Assembly (NCBI RefSeq): GCF_964194025.1
Contig: NC_134475.1
Span: 3,038,001-3,102,000, forward strand
Length of the DNA: 64,000 nucleotides
Source of the DNA: Convolutriloba macropyga
Taxonomy: Eukaryota
Direction of reading: 5' to 3'
Shown: one piece after another, positions 37,767 to 53,600 of the stretch
Layout of the letters: each line of letters begins with the position of its first letter
Numbering within the stretch: the first letter of the stretch is position 1
Program-made: the position numbers and the translations under genes
The notes under the pieces: model-generated
Told to the model about the DNA's origin: nothing
Databases searched by the model: none
The model's input: the letters and a program-made list of their open reading frames with translations, nothing else

Positions 37767-40700
37767 AACAAGGAGGCTCGGTAATGTGCGTTCGCACATT
37801 AAGTTCCGACCCCGCTTATCTACATTTTTCACTTAATTGTCTACCAAATGAGGCAGAGATAAAAAAAAATTAACATATCAACATATCGTTCAACAAACTA
37901 CTAAAAGAATAAAACAATCTACTCTAGAGGTCCTATGTGACCTGTGGCTACCATAATATTTCTACAAGAAAAGACGGCAATAAAAATCAAATAGTTACAA
38001 ATATTAATTACGACCGAAACTCTTTGTCCATTTTTTGAAAACCACTAATAACCAAATCAAAATGGCATCAGATAAAATTTATACTCAGAAGATTAACCGG
38101 CACTTTTTTGGAATAAAACATGGGACTTTTCCTAAATGCGACTTGGCAACAAGTCGACTAGAAATGAGCAAAAGGGCCAAAGTTTATTAAAACATTGCTT
38201 TTTTTAAAAAAGATTTAAATTCGAAATTATTAAAAACATTACGCATCAAACGAAATCATTGAGAGAGTCTTTCATACCACAATAGAGAGCGATTGAGGCC
38301 TTTCATTATCCAGGATATGTCATACGACTACAAAAAAAACGACAAGTACAGGCAAAAACTAAAAATTTGCACGAAAAATTATGCACGAAAACGATGTCCC
38401 CTCCAATCAATTAAATATTAAGCTGATCACTAAAAACAATAAAAATCTTCGTTAGAGTTTTTTGGGTAACAAAATTTTTAAATCAAAAGACGCCCATTAT
38501 TGTGATGCTGTGAAAAGAGATTAAAAACCTACAAAAAAGGGGCAAATATGCAAAAATCACGAAAATTGGTTTTATGAAAAATGTTTGCTCCAAGAAGAAA
38601 GACCATTTGAGGAAAATAAAACCGTTATGAAGAGCAAATTGTATTTCAATAGATAAATGATCTGAATTGTATATAGAGATGATTAGCTACAATTTAACAG
38701 AAATAAAATTGTCAGATCTCAAAAATCTATCTCTTTTTTTTTCAATTAAAAACCAATATTTTCAAAATTCACAGCCAACAAAAGCTTTCGACTAACAGAG
38801 TAGACAGTTTGTCTTGCAACTACTCGGAAAACTAATTGCGACTGTTATAAATGAGACTAAATCATTAGACTATAAAATAACATTAAATACAAGCTGAACT
38901 ACTAAGTTTCACAAACAACTTTACAAAACCACAGTTTTGAAGCCATTAAATCTATAAGATATTAACCGCGAGAATACAACATCTTCGTTTTCGTCTCCTT
39001 TGATCATCATAACGTTAATGTTTGTAAAACGACTATCACAAAATGACAACAAAAAGAACCACAAAAACTGAAAACTTTATAAACTTCACAAAATTCTTCT
39101 GAAACAAATTCTCTAAGCCCTGAAGACATCATTTAAAACGTTTAAACAACAGAAAAATTATTGTTTGATTGAACAAAACATTAAAAACAGCTGTAAAAAA
39201 TGAGGCTAAATTAGGAAATACAACATTGTAAAATACGAAAAAAAACGCAGACCAGAACAAAAAGGGATAAGTTGAAGAACACTATTACTCTTTTTTTTAG
39301 AAATTCAATTCGAAAGTCAAAACAACCATTAGCTATTTAGCGATATCAGTTATTAAATTCATTTGTTTATCTATATTTGGCCACTTAGACCTCTAATTAC
39401 ACAATATTTGGCATATGAAAACAAAAATTAACAACAAATAAAGGGCAAAAAAAAACTACCAATTTCTGCAAGAGAACGGTGTCGCAGCCCTTCAAGCCAT
39501 ATGTTATTGAAACAAACAAAATTTTTAGTTTCAAATGTTGTAAAACGTTTTTCAGTTCGATTGTTAAATAATGTTACAATTTTCAAAAGAAACAAAAACA
39601 ACAGCAAAATGGGAAATTATGCACAAAAATCAGAAAATTTTGTATGAAAACTCAAAAGCAAGAAAACCTTGTGTTAAAACAATTGGCCCAAAATTTAGTT
39701 TGTATTCTATACGGAGGAAAGATTGACCTGTACTTACTGAGAATAAACAAAATGTTGACTAAAATAATATAAAAAATTGACAAGTTCAAACAATCAGAAA
39801 TTTCCTTAAAACAAATACATTCAATAACATAAGAGACATTAGGTAACAACCGAGTGAATAGAAAAGGTTCACATGCAACTCTTGAGGAACAAATTTAGAT
39901 CTTTGAGTGGTTAAACTTAAAAATCAGACTGCCAAAAGAATAACAATTGAAGGCAAAAGACAAGAATTCAGTTAAATTTTACGAAAACTCTTCCTCAAAG
40001 TAATAAAAACCCTTTGGTTCTCCGAAAATAAACTATCTACAATTGGCCTCAAGTTTATGTAAATTGGAGCTGTCATTAACGGAGCCGGGAATAAAAAATA
40101 TTGTCAGTAGTTAACATTAAAAAAAACAACAGAAGCAAAATATTTTGAAAAAAGGCAGCATCAAAATAAAAACTAAAAAGTCTCTGATTCTAAGAATCCA
40201 TGATTTTGTCGAACATCTCCCTGACTTTGTTGCGCGCCATGCAAACCGACCAAGTGTCCCAAGTGTTTGCGAATTAGACCAATTGCTGAGTGGAATTCTT
40301 CAAATATTAAAAAAAGAACGATGCATTTTGTATAATTATAGAGTTAAATCTGCAAAAACCGGCAAAGTTTTAAATCCAGAAGACTTTCATACGGCGTCTA
40401 ATTTCAACTAGCGCTCTTTTTGAGATTAGGGAGTCGGAGTCTGTTTTAAGGTTTCTAGGTCACTAAGTCTGGCGAACTTTAACAAAGTGGACCAAAAAAG
40501 CATATTTTGTGCCATTTTTGATGAAAAAAGTTTGAATTTTGAAAATTTTATCACAATTTTTAGCCAAAAAAACTTCAATCCAACAATTCAGCAACGCTTT
40601 TTTTATCTCTAACGGTAACAACAGCACTCTGCCGTTAAAAATTAACTTATTCTGAACTATATTAGCTAAATTGTGCCAAATTTTAGCAAAGACTACTGAA

Positions 40701-40930
40701 AATGTGAACAAAAACAGTCGAATGTTCACAAAACTTTAAACCTCGTATAACTCCCTGTAAAAAATGAAAATTGAAAATTTTTTTTTAATTTCGTATTCTA
40801 CGCTGGACGGGCTTTTAAGTGATACCACTCACAATTCTCTACTATGAATATATCCATCGGCCAAAATTGAACAAAAAAACCCAGTTGAGTATATAGTTCC
40901 TCCTCCCCACTAACGTGGGGGTAGGAACAA
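37767..40930 (-). mobile_element. Long (about 3.2 kb) non-coding HINE, family K
   Basis: Left end aacaagg + hairpin aatgtgcgttcgcacatt + gttccgacccc. Right end gttcctcctccccactaacgtgggggtaggaac (5' stem-loop), whose reverse complement begins gttcctacccc, matching the left subTIR at 10 of 11 positions. Confidence 0.65.
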
Positions 40931-41291
40931 AAATCCATTTTTTGAGACTTTTCTTCCATTCAACTGACTTAGTTACAAAGCTTTTTAAAATAACCAATAC
41001 ATTATAATTTAAACCTAATCTGAAATAGCGACAATGTTATTCAAAAATCAAGGTTTAAAAAATTTTACAAGATGTTTTTCTCACCAAAAATTTTAGTTTT
41101 AAATTGATCTTCGGACCAATAAAATACGATGCAATGATAACAAGTAAAAAACAGAGAGGTTTTTGGTTCCAATAACAGAAAGGTTTGCTCTTTAACTGCA
41201 ATAAAAATAAAAAACAAGCTATGAAAAATTTCATCCGATGCTTTTATTTCTATCCAATCATAACTTTTAAGTCAACTGTCGAGAAAAAAAT

Positions 41292-41672
41292 CATAGATCA
41301 ACTAACGTCGTCAAAAAAAAATGCTCTCGAACGACAGGCGGGGTAATTTAATTCAGAATTTTAGCCAAGAGATTTTAGCGATAGAAAAACTCCCATAAAG
41401 GAGGAGTTCAAACCCCTGACCTCCTGGGTTATAGATGCAAGCGTTCACCACTCGGTTATCAGTCCCTTATAAAACCTTGTCTTACAATAGGTTTTGTCTT
41501 AGCATCAGACTTAATTTCAAAATAAGAGCAATTTAATTTGGGTCACGGAAGAACAAGCATGAAAAATCGGAAGAAGCAATCGGAAGAATGTTCTAGGAGA
41601 AAACGGTCAGGCAAAAAATTTTAAAGATAGACACGTTTACAATAATTGCTTCAAACATCGTTCGCGAACGAA
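41292..41672 (-). mobile_element. HINE family I variant carrying a tRNA-like segment
   Basis: Family I termini; minus strand 41460-41404 has A-box-like taaccgagtgg and B-box-like ggtttgaact. Confidence 0.6.
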
Positions 41673-42699
41673 AATAGATGTCATATTGATTGCTCAATGA
41701 TTCAGTTTATCATTGCTTCCATTAACAAACATGTGACATTTAAGTTAAAATCAAAACAACAGGATAATTCTTACCAAATGCTTTCTGTATTTATTTCAGT
41801 CCATACATACTAGTTTCAACTGCTACTGCCATGTGAAAAAAACACTGAAAAATCATTCTTCAAAACGTTTTTTTTTCACATTACTGGCTCCACTGGCAGG
41901 TATCTCCCACTAGTTTAAATAGAAACAAGTATAAATTTAGCAAAACGCTGCTTTTTTCTTTGGTATAATTATTCTATTTTGATTGCAACTGTGGCACAAA
42001 AAACAGTTCTAATTTAGCCACTCAATGATTTTATACTTTAAAGGTTTCACGAGGAGGATTAAATTGCATTTAATTCAAATAAAAACGCTAAAATAATGAA
42101 ACATTTTACCAAGATCAAACCAACCTGCAGATAAAACAAAGGCACTTAATAAAAATTCTTCCATGACCTACTATGATACCTCTATTCTTTTGCTTCTTCT
42201 TTTTCTATCTTTTTAAAGCGGCAATGTAGGTGCTAGCGCCAAGTGCTAAATTGTAAGAAGACCGAGTTATCGCTGCAATTTCCTTTCTAATAAAGGTTTA
42301 TTGCTAAGTGCTATTCGGAGGGCGGTTTCGGTGAAAACGCTCTTTTTTGCTATAAGTTTTTTATTCAAGTATTTTAGCAACCAACTGAACTGGAGCGAGC
42401 AGGGTCGAGCCAGTGAATTTCCAAATAATAAAGGCGTGCTGCATAAATTTGCAGAAGTCTTTTTCAACCAAACAAAATTTAGCATCGTCATACCTACCAA
42501 ACGAAGTGTTCAAGAATATAGAAACAATTCGACTGATAAGATAATTAGATAATTTTTGGTGAAATATAGTTTTTGTCATTTTCTTGACTCTATGCTTTTG
42601 TTTTAGGCTCATGCTTTCAATTTTATTGCATAAAAAGCTAGCTGTATTAAAATTTTGTCTTGTGATGAACTGAGAAATTTAAAATACATTAATAAACAA

Positions 42700-43196
42700 C
42701 ATAGCTGGCAGACTGCCAGAAAATAGCCGCAATAGCTTCGTAGATCTGCAGTCTCGAAAAAACATTAAAAGACAGACCCAAAAATTTCGTCTTTTTATTG
42801 AAGGCTGATATGTTATATATATTTTGATTAAAAATCTGTATAAGTTTTTGCTGCCTCTATTAGCTGCTCTCAGATAACCTTCACTTAGAGTGACACACAA
42901 CCAATTGACCTTATCTCTTTGAATTAAAATAAATAAAAGTCAATTTCACAGTGAGGAAGTCATTTTTGAGAGTGAGGTAAGTCAAGTGTGACCAAATATG
43001 AACGAAAAAACTCGCTCCACTAAAAGCAAAATGACGTCACACAGGCACTTCAGTTGAAATTGCATGAACGAATGAACAAAAAGCAGATTTGAAGTGGTTG
43101 TGACGTCATATGCTCGTAACAAAAATCGTGACGACGAAATAAAAAAAACCAAGAGAAGGCCAATAATAGCCCCAGCTATCGCTGTGCGGCTATTAA
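42700..43196 (-). mobile_element. Uninterrupted HINE family F copy (about 500 bp)
   Basis: catagctggcagactgccag hairpin plus aatagccgca; other end tgcggctattaa with stem aatagccc...ggctatt. Confidence 0.82.
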
Positions 43197-43199
43197 AAA

Positions 43200-43860
43200 G
43201 AGGTCCGAATAGCAGAACTGTTTAGATTGTCAAACTCTTAATTATTGGTTTTACAAGATTTTTACGATTTGGCCGCTGGATTCGTTAAAATAACTATTCT
43301 GTGCCTGATTATTCCCCATTAGGAACAACGATCCCTTATGTTTTGGGGTGCAATATGATCATATTGACGGAAACTGTTTGTTAAGTGTCCAAAAAAGCCA
43401 AAAGCTGTCGATTATTTCGGAGTTTTGAAAAATTACGAAGAAAAATTGCATTTCCTGGACATTATTTTTCAACAAGATAATGCTCCTGTGCATAAATCGA
43501 AGATTATCGGCAAGTTTTTTTAAGAAAACGAGTGGAAGGTACTAGAATGGCCAGCATACAGTCCAGATCTGAATCCTATTGTTTAAAAAATTATGGGCAA
43601 TTTTGAAGCAACGATTTCGAAAACGAGATTTTTGGAAAATTTAGAAGAAAAAGTATGAAATTTGGAATGAAATTAACGAATACGTCATGAGAAAGCTGTA
43701 TGAAAACTATACAAACCTTCTACTAGACGTTAAAAAAGCTAAAGGTGCAATGACGCGTTATTAGAGAACAAATTTCAACTCAAAATGTTATATTATTTGA
43801 TGTTTGAATTGCTTTTTAAAAAATCTTTAGGTGTACGTGGCTTTTTGGTACCTTAGTGTA
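43200..43860 (+). mobile_element. Decayed Tc1/mariner transposase C-terminal part
   Basis: FWGAI, IFQQDNAPVHKSK, VLEWPAYSPDLNPI; probable right TIR ending ...agtgta. Confidence 0.88.
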
Positions 43861-45409
43861 CTTCGCCTTCAGTTTTCGAAAAAGTCTGATTTATTTTTCG
43901 TCTAATTTGAAAAAAAGGAAGAAAGCTTCACCGGTACTATTGTCTAACCGTTTGTCCTTACTTGGGTTAATTTCAAAAAAATTGCGAACTACTAAACGCT
44001 TGCGAACTACTAAATTATGAACTACTAAACGCTTGGTTTAAAAATTTTTCCATCCGTAGGTTATGAGCCACAAATAAGCCAAGAATGCGGATACGAGATT
44101 TGAATTTGAAAGTGGCAAACAGTGAACGTATTTGTCATTCAAATTTATTCCCGGGACAGCAAAATTAGAGTTAATACAAATAAACAGGTTGATTCAAGGA
44201 CAAGGATGTAACTTCACCCGGTTCATTTTGATTTGGCTGATTTGACTACAATTACAATGATCAATTAATAAGTCTACATTTGTTGACCTAACACAAATAT
44301 TTAACTTACCCTAAGATACTAAAAAACGCCCAATCCTGCTTTCGAAAAAAAACATTCTTCAGTTTCAAGAATCAAGATTCAAATTCATTGCAGTCTATTT
44401 TAGATGGTTCTGGAGATTAGTACCAAAAAACCAATAGTAAACATTCGCATTAGGTTTTGCTGAGGACACGTTTCCTTCACAACTAACTTTTGTACCATTT
44501 GGCTCTTTTGATCCGACTTCTAAACAGTACCTATTTAGAAGTCTTAGCCTAGCTCAACTGCTCAAAACAATGGATTCCAGTATTCGCCATCACTCTAAAT
44601 TCTGGCAAGTTGATTTCAACAAGAAATTACAAACTTTACGAAAATATTTACAAACAAGAAATTTACAAACTCAAACCAGTAACTCCATTGAGACCTGCCA
44701 ATAATGAGACTAGACGACAGGAGACAACACAAAATAAAACAAAAGAACGTCAATTACGGCCATATCCCAAAAATAACAAAATCCATTTAATATTTTGTAA
44801 CTAAATATGTCCAAAAGTCATAACAACTATTAGATTTCATTTTTAGATTACCAGATGTTAATGGAAGCAGTAATTAGTGCAACTAAGACATACGACAACA
44901 ACAAACAAAAACAGGTAGAACTTAATTCAAACAATTTACGAAAAGTGCTGAAACTGTTAACCGCAAAAATTATTAACTGCTCAACCGAAAGATCATATGT
45001 TCACTTAGGCATCACTTAGATAACATAAAGAAAAAGATATCGACTAGTATCAAATACAAACTTTTCATGAAAACAAAAAGTCATTAATTATGCTTATTGC
45101 TGCTTCTATTATCTGCCCTCAAATAACCATCAATTAGAGTGACACGCACTCAATTGACCTTATGTCTTTGAATTACAGTAAAGAAAAGACAATTTCAGGA
45201 CGAGGAAGTTATTTTTGACAGTAAGGTAAGTCACATGTGACCGAACACTTAATCACGCGAATGAACAAAAACTCTCTCCACTAAGAGTGAAAAAATGACG
45301 TCACACACGCAGTTCGGTTGAAACCAATGAACGAATGAACAAAAGGTAGAATTGATGTGATTGTGACGTCATATGGTCGTAACAAAAAATCAGAAAGACG
45401 AATAAAAAA

Positions 45410-45865
45410 TATAGCAGGACAAGTCCTGACGTACAATTCAAAGAATTTTCATTGACTAAACAGAAAACTAGACCTAGAACGGACTATGGATGGATTGGGA
45501 AAAACATTTAGAAAATCCGATCCAAAAAATTGAAAACAGTAAAAACCAAAGTGAAATTGCTGCATGTGAACAAAAAACCACTAGCGAGAAAGCAATTTTT
45601 GTTCAAAAACTGTTTTCTCACTACTTTAAAATTAGAGCGAAAAAATTTCACGCCGCAAAACCACTCGCTTTTTCGCTCCACTTCCTGTTTCGGCGTGACC
45701 AATATCACTACTCCAATTTGACTTCAAAAATCATGAAAATGTGTGAACAGATCTTAAAAAAAAGACAGCGCCCCAATACAATTCAAATTCTTTGAATTGT
45801 AAAAAAAGACAGCGCCCCGATACAATTCAAATTCTTTGAATTGTAAAAATTCTTTGAATTGTAAA
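45410..45865 (-). mobile_element. Complete HINE family A/C copy inserted into an F-family interior (about 45090-45409), with duplicated 5' terminus
   Basis: caggacaagtcctg hairpin plus tacaattcaaaga; terminus tctttgaattgta present three times (about 45801, 45845, 45863). Confidence 0.8.
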
Positions 45866-46383
45866 AAGACATGTGGAGTCGACACAAAGAAAGATCACTA
45901 ACAAGTTCAGCCGCCCAAAAGCGTTTATATAATTAGCGATCAATAGGAATAAATAAACTGCAATATTTGTACGGTAATAAATTATTCATTACGTTAATGT
46001 TGAGCAGCTTTAGCAGCAGACAAACAATTATGCACGAACATGGACACCACACACATTGTGAACAAAATTTCGAGCTAAGCAAATTATGAAGTACTCTTCA
46101 ATTCTGTACAAATCAATTCTGTGCTCTTCGCGTTGTATCTCTGAGCCCAATGAAATTTCCTGGGAGAAAAAACCGGTGTGCTAAGTTTTATTAAGAAAAT
46201 ATTTAGTCAGTTCAATTGAAACTTTTTATAGATTTTAAGTTAAATCGGCTTTGGTTATTGGTTACGATCATTACCATCATTAAATGCTAGGACAGATTTT
46301 CAGTCAACTCAAAGTGCAAGTGCAGCGTATTGACCAGTCGATGTTCTACCACAAAGTTAATTCAGTGAAGAGTTTGTTGCGGT

Positions 46384-47160
<777 letters not shown>

Positions 47161-47668
47161 TTATCAAGAAGATCTAAACATCAAAACAACACATCTCAAC
47201 ATTCAGTTAACACATGGTCGATTAAAAACTAATCGATGGATAGCGTTTAACTATTTGCAATAATTTACAATGAACATATTTACATCTGTATACTGCTAAT
47301 CAAGAACAAAATGAGAGGTAAAATAGTCAACTTTACAATATTTAGCAACAATCAACATCATATACGGCGAAACGAACAAACAGCACTGTTCAAAAAACTT
47401 TTTGTGGCAGAAAAATATTGCATAATTAAGTAGCTCCAACATATCACTCAAAATGAATTCAGATCTTCAGGTTCAGCGAGACTTTTGAGAACATCTAGAG
47501 AACTAGACAACTAATTGCTGGCACCAAAATCCAATCTAATTTTTGATTATTTCCTATTGTAGCCAAACAGTTGGTCAATATAAAATGGATGTCGGTAAAC
47601 ACAAGCATTGACGTCACTCTACAGCTGTCTATGATTACAAAGGACTGATTACTAGTGACCTGTAGTAG

Positions 47669-50600
47669 CTATAAAGTATTGAGTTTGGTGACAATTATGA
47701 CTCGGAATGTCTGGTCAAATGCAGTGCACACAGCCAGACCCATCTTGTCTGGACTCCAGTCGAGTGATGCTATCGGCTGACTGGACATGATGACATTCTG
47801 CACACTCTGAACTGTTCCCACCACTCCCTCTTTAGTCCCGTCACTGCACTCCTTCACACGCGAGGAAGGATAGGAACTGAAAAACGAACATACTAATCGT
47901 CCAAACAATTTTTCATTTAAATCTGGTTAAAAATTCATCAGAAAAAAAACTTTTATTCAAGCGCATCATCGGAAAATGGGCAGCATTTAACATCTGAAGA
48001 TTATATAATATTAAAATTAACCTCAGATTTTCTCAAAACGACACTTTCATTTGAGTCGCACAAGGAAACAAAAACTTTGAGGAAGAACATGTTTTTGGTA
48101 CCAAAAATAAGCAAGGCGCTTCGTTAAGAACTTAGCTCACAACAAAAAGGACTTACTACTTCCATAAATTGAGACCCCCGCTCCCACCACACGTGACAAA
48201 TACGTCTCTGTTCTGTGGTAAATGTCTCACTGCCCAAATAGTGGACTTATGTGCCTTCTCCGTGAGCATGTCAAAACCCTTAGTAGGATGCTCTGTACGC
48301 ATGTCGAAGAGGTAGAACTTTGCTTCTAAGGTCGTCGCAACCAACTTATTCATCATGATGTCTTTTCTGTCAAACTCCAGACCACAGATCTAAAATAATC
48401 ATGGCGCAGATTCAATGCAACAAATACGAACAGAAATAAAAACAAACCTTTCAGTACAAGTATTTTAAGACGCTTTCCATTAATTCCCAGAGTACGTGAA
48501 GCCATCCCCACTCAATATATTGAGTTTCTGCATAGTTTTTGATATTTTGAGCTAATAAATCATATTAAAGTGAGAGCGTGGAATTTGAGTGATAACAACC
48601 CCTTAAGGTGGGAGTGAACCCAGTTTCTGGGTGGAAAATGTTACATTTCTCACCCCGTTGCCAACATTTTTCTCCCATCTGACTGCCATCTTTTTCAAGT
48701 CGAAAAGTTTCAGGTCTCCGTTATCGTAGCCAGCAGCCACTGTCCTGTCCTCTGCACTGTGAGAGTCACCTACAATCAATTTCATGGAGTAATTTTAATT
48801 AAAACTAAGCATGCTACAAAGCTGCTGCATAATGGAGAGAAATCATTGCAGCAAACATTTTCTTAAAAAAATTTAAAACAACGAAAAAATATAGAGAATT
48901 GAAAACCAAAAGTCTCCAAAATTACTTAAAACTCAGCACAAAAAATAAATTCTAGGGGAGAAAAATGAACCTTGAAAAGTTGAGATGACTGGGTAAAACA
49001 AACTCATGATAAGAAAATTATTTTCAATTTAATTTGTTTAAAATGTGTAGCGTTCCAGCGTTTTTTAAAACATTTCAAAGCACTAACATTATAAGTTGTT
49101 CTTTTCAATTTACGGTGGAAAATATAAGCCAAAGAAGTGCACACAGGTCAACAGCACCGTATTAAAAGGAGGCCGAAGAAATAGGAAATGTCAGGTACCA
49201 ATTGAAGAACACAACCGACTAACACCGGAAGATTGCTGCAACGACAGGCGGGGGATTTAATTTAGGAGTGCGGCTTAGAAATTTTTTGATGGGTGCAAAA
49301 ACTATGTGGACTTTGAACCCGCGACCTCCAGGATATCAGCCACAACACTTATATTAGCAACGAACAATAAGAGCAATCGAGATATCTCAAAACCGTAAAA
49401 GTGAGGCGTGAAAAAGTCACTGGAGAAGTCAAAGAATATTCTAGAAAAAAAGCACAAAAAACGTCGAGCAAAAATTTTCCATAAAAAGACCAACACGTTT
49501 ACAATAATGGCTTCAAATTTCGTTCGAGAGAAATTAATAAACTTTAATCAAGCTAATTTTTCCATTAATTTTCCGTCGCCGTAAAAATTATCCTTAGAAT
49601 TGGCATTTTTTCAAATCGAGGCGCATGCCAACATGGAGGCTTATATCTTGAAAACTCTAATTGGATTTTTTACTATTATTTTTCATCTTTTTGTGTGAAA
49701 TGAAGACTAAAACTTTGTCAAATTCTTCAAAAAATTTGATTAGAATATCCACTTGCAAAATCGAAGAGCTAAACAAAAAATTTTGTTTTTTATTTAATCT
49801 TTTGGTATCGGTACCTAAACTTTTAAGTTCGTCAGCAAACACGGTGATGTGATTACGAAATTCAAATTAACATTTTGAGCCATATTAATACTAAATCAAC
49901 ACTCGTTTCCAATATTTTTTTTCTACAAACTAACCAACAATTGCTTATTCCTTTGTTTGCAATAAAACGTTAGAGCAAACGCAAATTAAAAATTTTCTTA
50001 CAAACTTTCTAATAAAAAAATTGAAAACGTCTGTTCTCAATCAATACCCTCCAAATAATAACCATATCCGGAAGATTGCGGGAAAAAAAGCCGCCGTTGA
50101 CGTGCTTGATGCACATCGGGATTGAAACAGGAATAAACATAGCCGGCAGATTGCCGGAATAGCTGCGAAGGAATAGACCTGCGTGCCATATAATAGAGAC
50201 AGAAACAGATACAGATCTAAATTGAAAAAAAATCGACGCCTCTCAAAAAAACGAGGTAAAAAACATTCAGCGATAAATTAATAAAGCTAGTTAAAATTCA
50301 TTCCGCAGAAGCCTCTTATTAGGGACCTGTACTGCACAAATGAGTACCTTTGACCTTAAACAAATTCAAACTAAACTTAAATTTAAAGTGCAAAAGTCAT
50401 TTTATTGAGTGAGGTAAATCACGTATGATCAAAATCTAATCACGCAAATAACCTAAAAACTTTTGCAAAAGCGAGTGAGAAATGACGTCACGCGCGCAAA
50501 TGCCGTTAGTGAGAGGAAAAAGTCATTCAGAAAATTTGACTTTTTCAGCTTTGGTGTGTGAACAAATGTAAAACGAAAAAAGAGCGTCAGACGACGAAAC

Positions 50601-53600
50601 AAAAAAAAACAAGAGCACCGCAATATAGCTTCGCTCAGCTTACAGCTTCGCAGCTATAAAAAGAAGCGACAAACTGACTGAATTTTTTAATGTTCTTTTT
50701 TCCAGTGGCAAAAAGTGTTCTAATTTGGCGAGAAGTTTCAGTTAGATTCTAAAACTTAATTCTATACTTAATTCAGCTTCTAAACGAAAAGCTAACAAGC
50801 TTAATACCAACGTCAGCTACCAAACACTCTAATGAACTTTAATAACCTAATTATCAATGACGGGGCTTTATCGGTTTATCCCGTCTCTTTTAATTTTGAT
50901 TTTTTGACTGACAATATTCACTATATTGCGTAATTCAATGCAGTCAGAAGTCAAACGTGAAAATCGCGACTTATGTAAAAAAGAAAAACGTGACCAACAG
51001 GTGGATCGAATTTTTTTTAAAAAGGAGAGCGCCTAAATAATAGCCGTAAAGAGGCATAGACTGACGGCGGCTATTAATAATACCGTAAAAATAGATCTTC
51101 ATATCTTTGGAGTAGTTTTTACCCACTTCAATTTTCCGGTTCTGATATATGATTCGAAAGATCAGTGTTAAGCTGTCCTGAATTTTACAACTGGAAGCAA
51201 GCAAACGTTAATTTTTCAGCGTAACAAACACTTTAATTGATGAATATGATTTCCCAACAATTTTTCTTCTCATTTGATGCACTTTTGAAAACAAATTATT
51301 GATACTTTGCTATGTTTTAGTCTACTAGTGAATCTATTTTACTTTAACGGAATTTCTTTAGCAGTTTCATACTAATAAGTCCATAAAACTATCTATTGAA
51401 TACTCTAAGCTGATAAAATTTATATATTCACACCTTAAGATCCAAAATGGAGCGTGAAAAGATCGATAGTAAGAAAGTTTTGAAAAAATGGAATACAAAT
51501 TTCGAGGATTCAATAACTGGCATATCCGTCCAAATTTGATTGCACCTAAAAATTAGCTCAAAAAGATTATTTTTATTGTCATTTTGATAGATACAACCAG
51601 CGTCATGGCAAAAATAATTGAAATATTCAAGTATCTTGAGTATCTTCTTGAATTGAAGCCTAATCTATTAAAGCAAAAAAGGACTAATATCGGACAAAAT
51701 TGCTCTGAAACAAACGGTGGACGGGGCGATCAATTAAAATCTGCTTTAGCTTGTAGGGGGGGGGGGAGGTATTGCCTAAGGAGCTGCAAATGGTTTTACT
51801 CGAATACATTCATCCTTTTATTGTTTATAGATTGAAATAGAAAAATGGAATAAATTTTGGAGACTTCCCATTTGATTTTCGGTTGCAAACTTCCGCCAAT
51901 TAAGCTAGGCTACTGTAAAATCTGGAGGAAGCAAGCAATTTTTGAAGGATGCTCAGACGAGGAATCGGTAATACAAAAAATTGCATTGAAAAAGACCAAC
52001 AGGACTACAATAAATACTACATACTTCGAGAGGAATTAAGTTTTTAAATTTCAACAACGAGTGCTACAATAAGTTCAGTAAGTCCTGCACAAAAACTGTT
52101 ATTAAAACGTTAGTAAAAACCTGCAACAAAAGCCATGATTATCAACCAATCACAATTATAATATTGTGAAAATTGTTTCCCTGCCTGACCCCCTGTGGGC
52201 CCATATGCATAACACCATTGATGATTTCGTACAAGACAGATGTCAAGTAACCTACCGAATGCTACCGCCCAACAGTCCCGCTTTGCCTCGCCTTCTTGGG
52301 GCTCCATTCTGGCGACTGGATAGTCACTTTGCCTTGTGTCCCAAACCCGAACAGCCCCATCTCGCCCCCCTGGAATCCATGTCATATATATCATTTATTA
52401 ATTTAGACATCCATTCAGTTCGATATGAAACATATGAAATGCTAATTACACTATTTCATTTGAAATTATATCAAACAAAATATTTTAACATTTAAGCATT
52501 TTACACTATTTTGAGGGACATTTTTTTCATGACATTGGTCGAATTATGCAATAGAAAGATGACGATCAATCCTTTCCTTACCACAAATTTAACCTCATCC
52601 ATATAAAAATTTTCAAACTGTTGAATCATCAGATTTATTTGTCGTAACACCCCAGTCAACTCCGCTAATTTACACGTCGGCGAATGCCCTAGCCGAGTCT
52701 TCTAAACTATCCTCTTACAATTTTAGCTACCCTTGATTGCGAATGAACAAATTTGGTGCAAACCTGTTACCAATTCGGGTGCGCCCTCTTGGCCTAGACC
52801 ACCCGCGCCGTCAATCGCATTTATAATTTCTGAGTGAGCACTCTGATGTGAGAACACTGGCGCTTTGCTCAAGTTCTCGATGTCCCTAAAAAGATATCTT
52901 CTTGATACACGTATTTCATTCCTCCGTGGTTGGACGAACTAAAGTTACAATAACAATTTTATTAAATGGCCCCCCTAGTATGTACATTTTCTCCCCACTC
53001 AAATTTATTGAAATGATCACAAGATTAATAGAAATTGTAACATTGATATAGAACAGACTCCAAAATCTCTTGGCAACCCTTTGTAGTCCCTGGGTGGCCC
53101 GAAAACGGCTTTCAAAGGCAAAGAAAATAGATGAATGTCACAATCCTATGTTTATGTCAAATTTTGCCATCGGAGAACGCAATTTCAGGAATAGCTATAC
53201 TGAAGAGACCTGTCTTATTAATCAAATGAAACCATCAGAATTATTCGAAAAGAAGAATATTGAATGGTATTTCAGAGACATCAAGATTGAAGATGTGACG
53301 CTCACACCAGAAGAAAGTCTTAGAAAAAAAACAGCTGTCCCAAACCTCGAGAGTTCTTGACTAACGAAGCCGTTAAAGTTCAATGACAATTCAATCTCTT
53401 ATTCAATGACCGCAGTCTGTTAAATGTAGAAAGAAGACGCTACAGCAGCAGTTCATGTGTCTCTTCAGGTTATCATAGCAATTTCCGACACCTAGTCAAA
53501 AGAACATCTAGACGTAGGTTTTTTTTATTGAAATACCAATTGTTCACAAGTGAGAGTGAAAACTAATTCGGCAAGCAAGCTTATGGTGGTTTCGAAAACT

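Noticed and set aside
41768-41845. Possible upstream coding exon of ENTR1-like (tttttcag|...ATG GCA GTA...)
   Set aside because: The frame stops after 13 codons and the earlier donor's phase does not match the 37520 acceptor. It cannot be excluded as a UTR exon.
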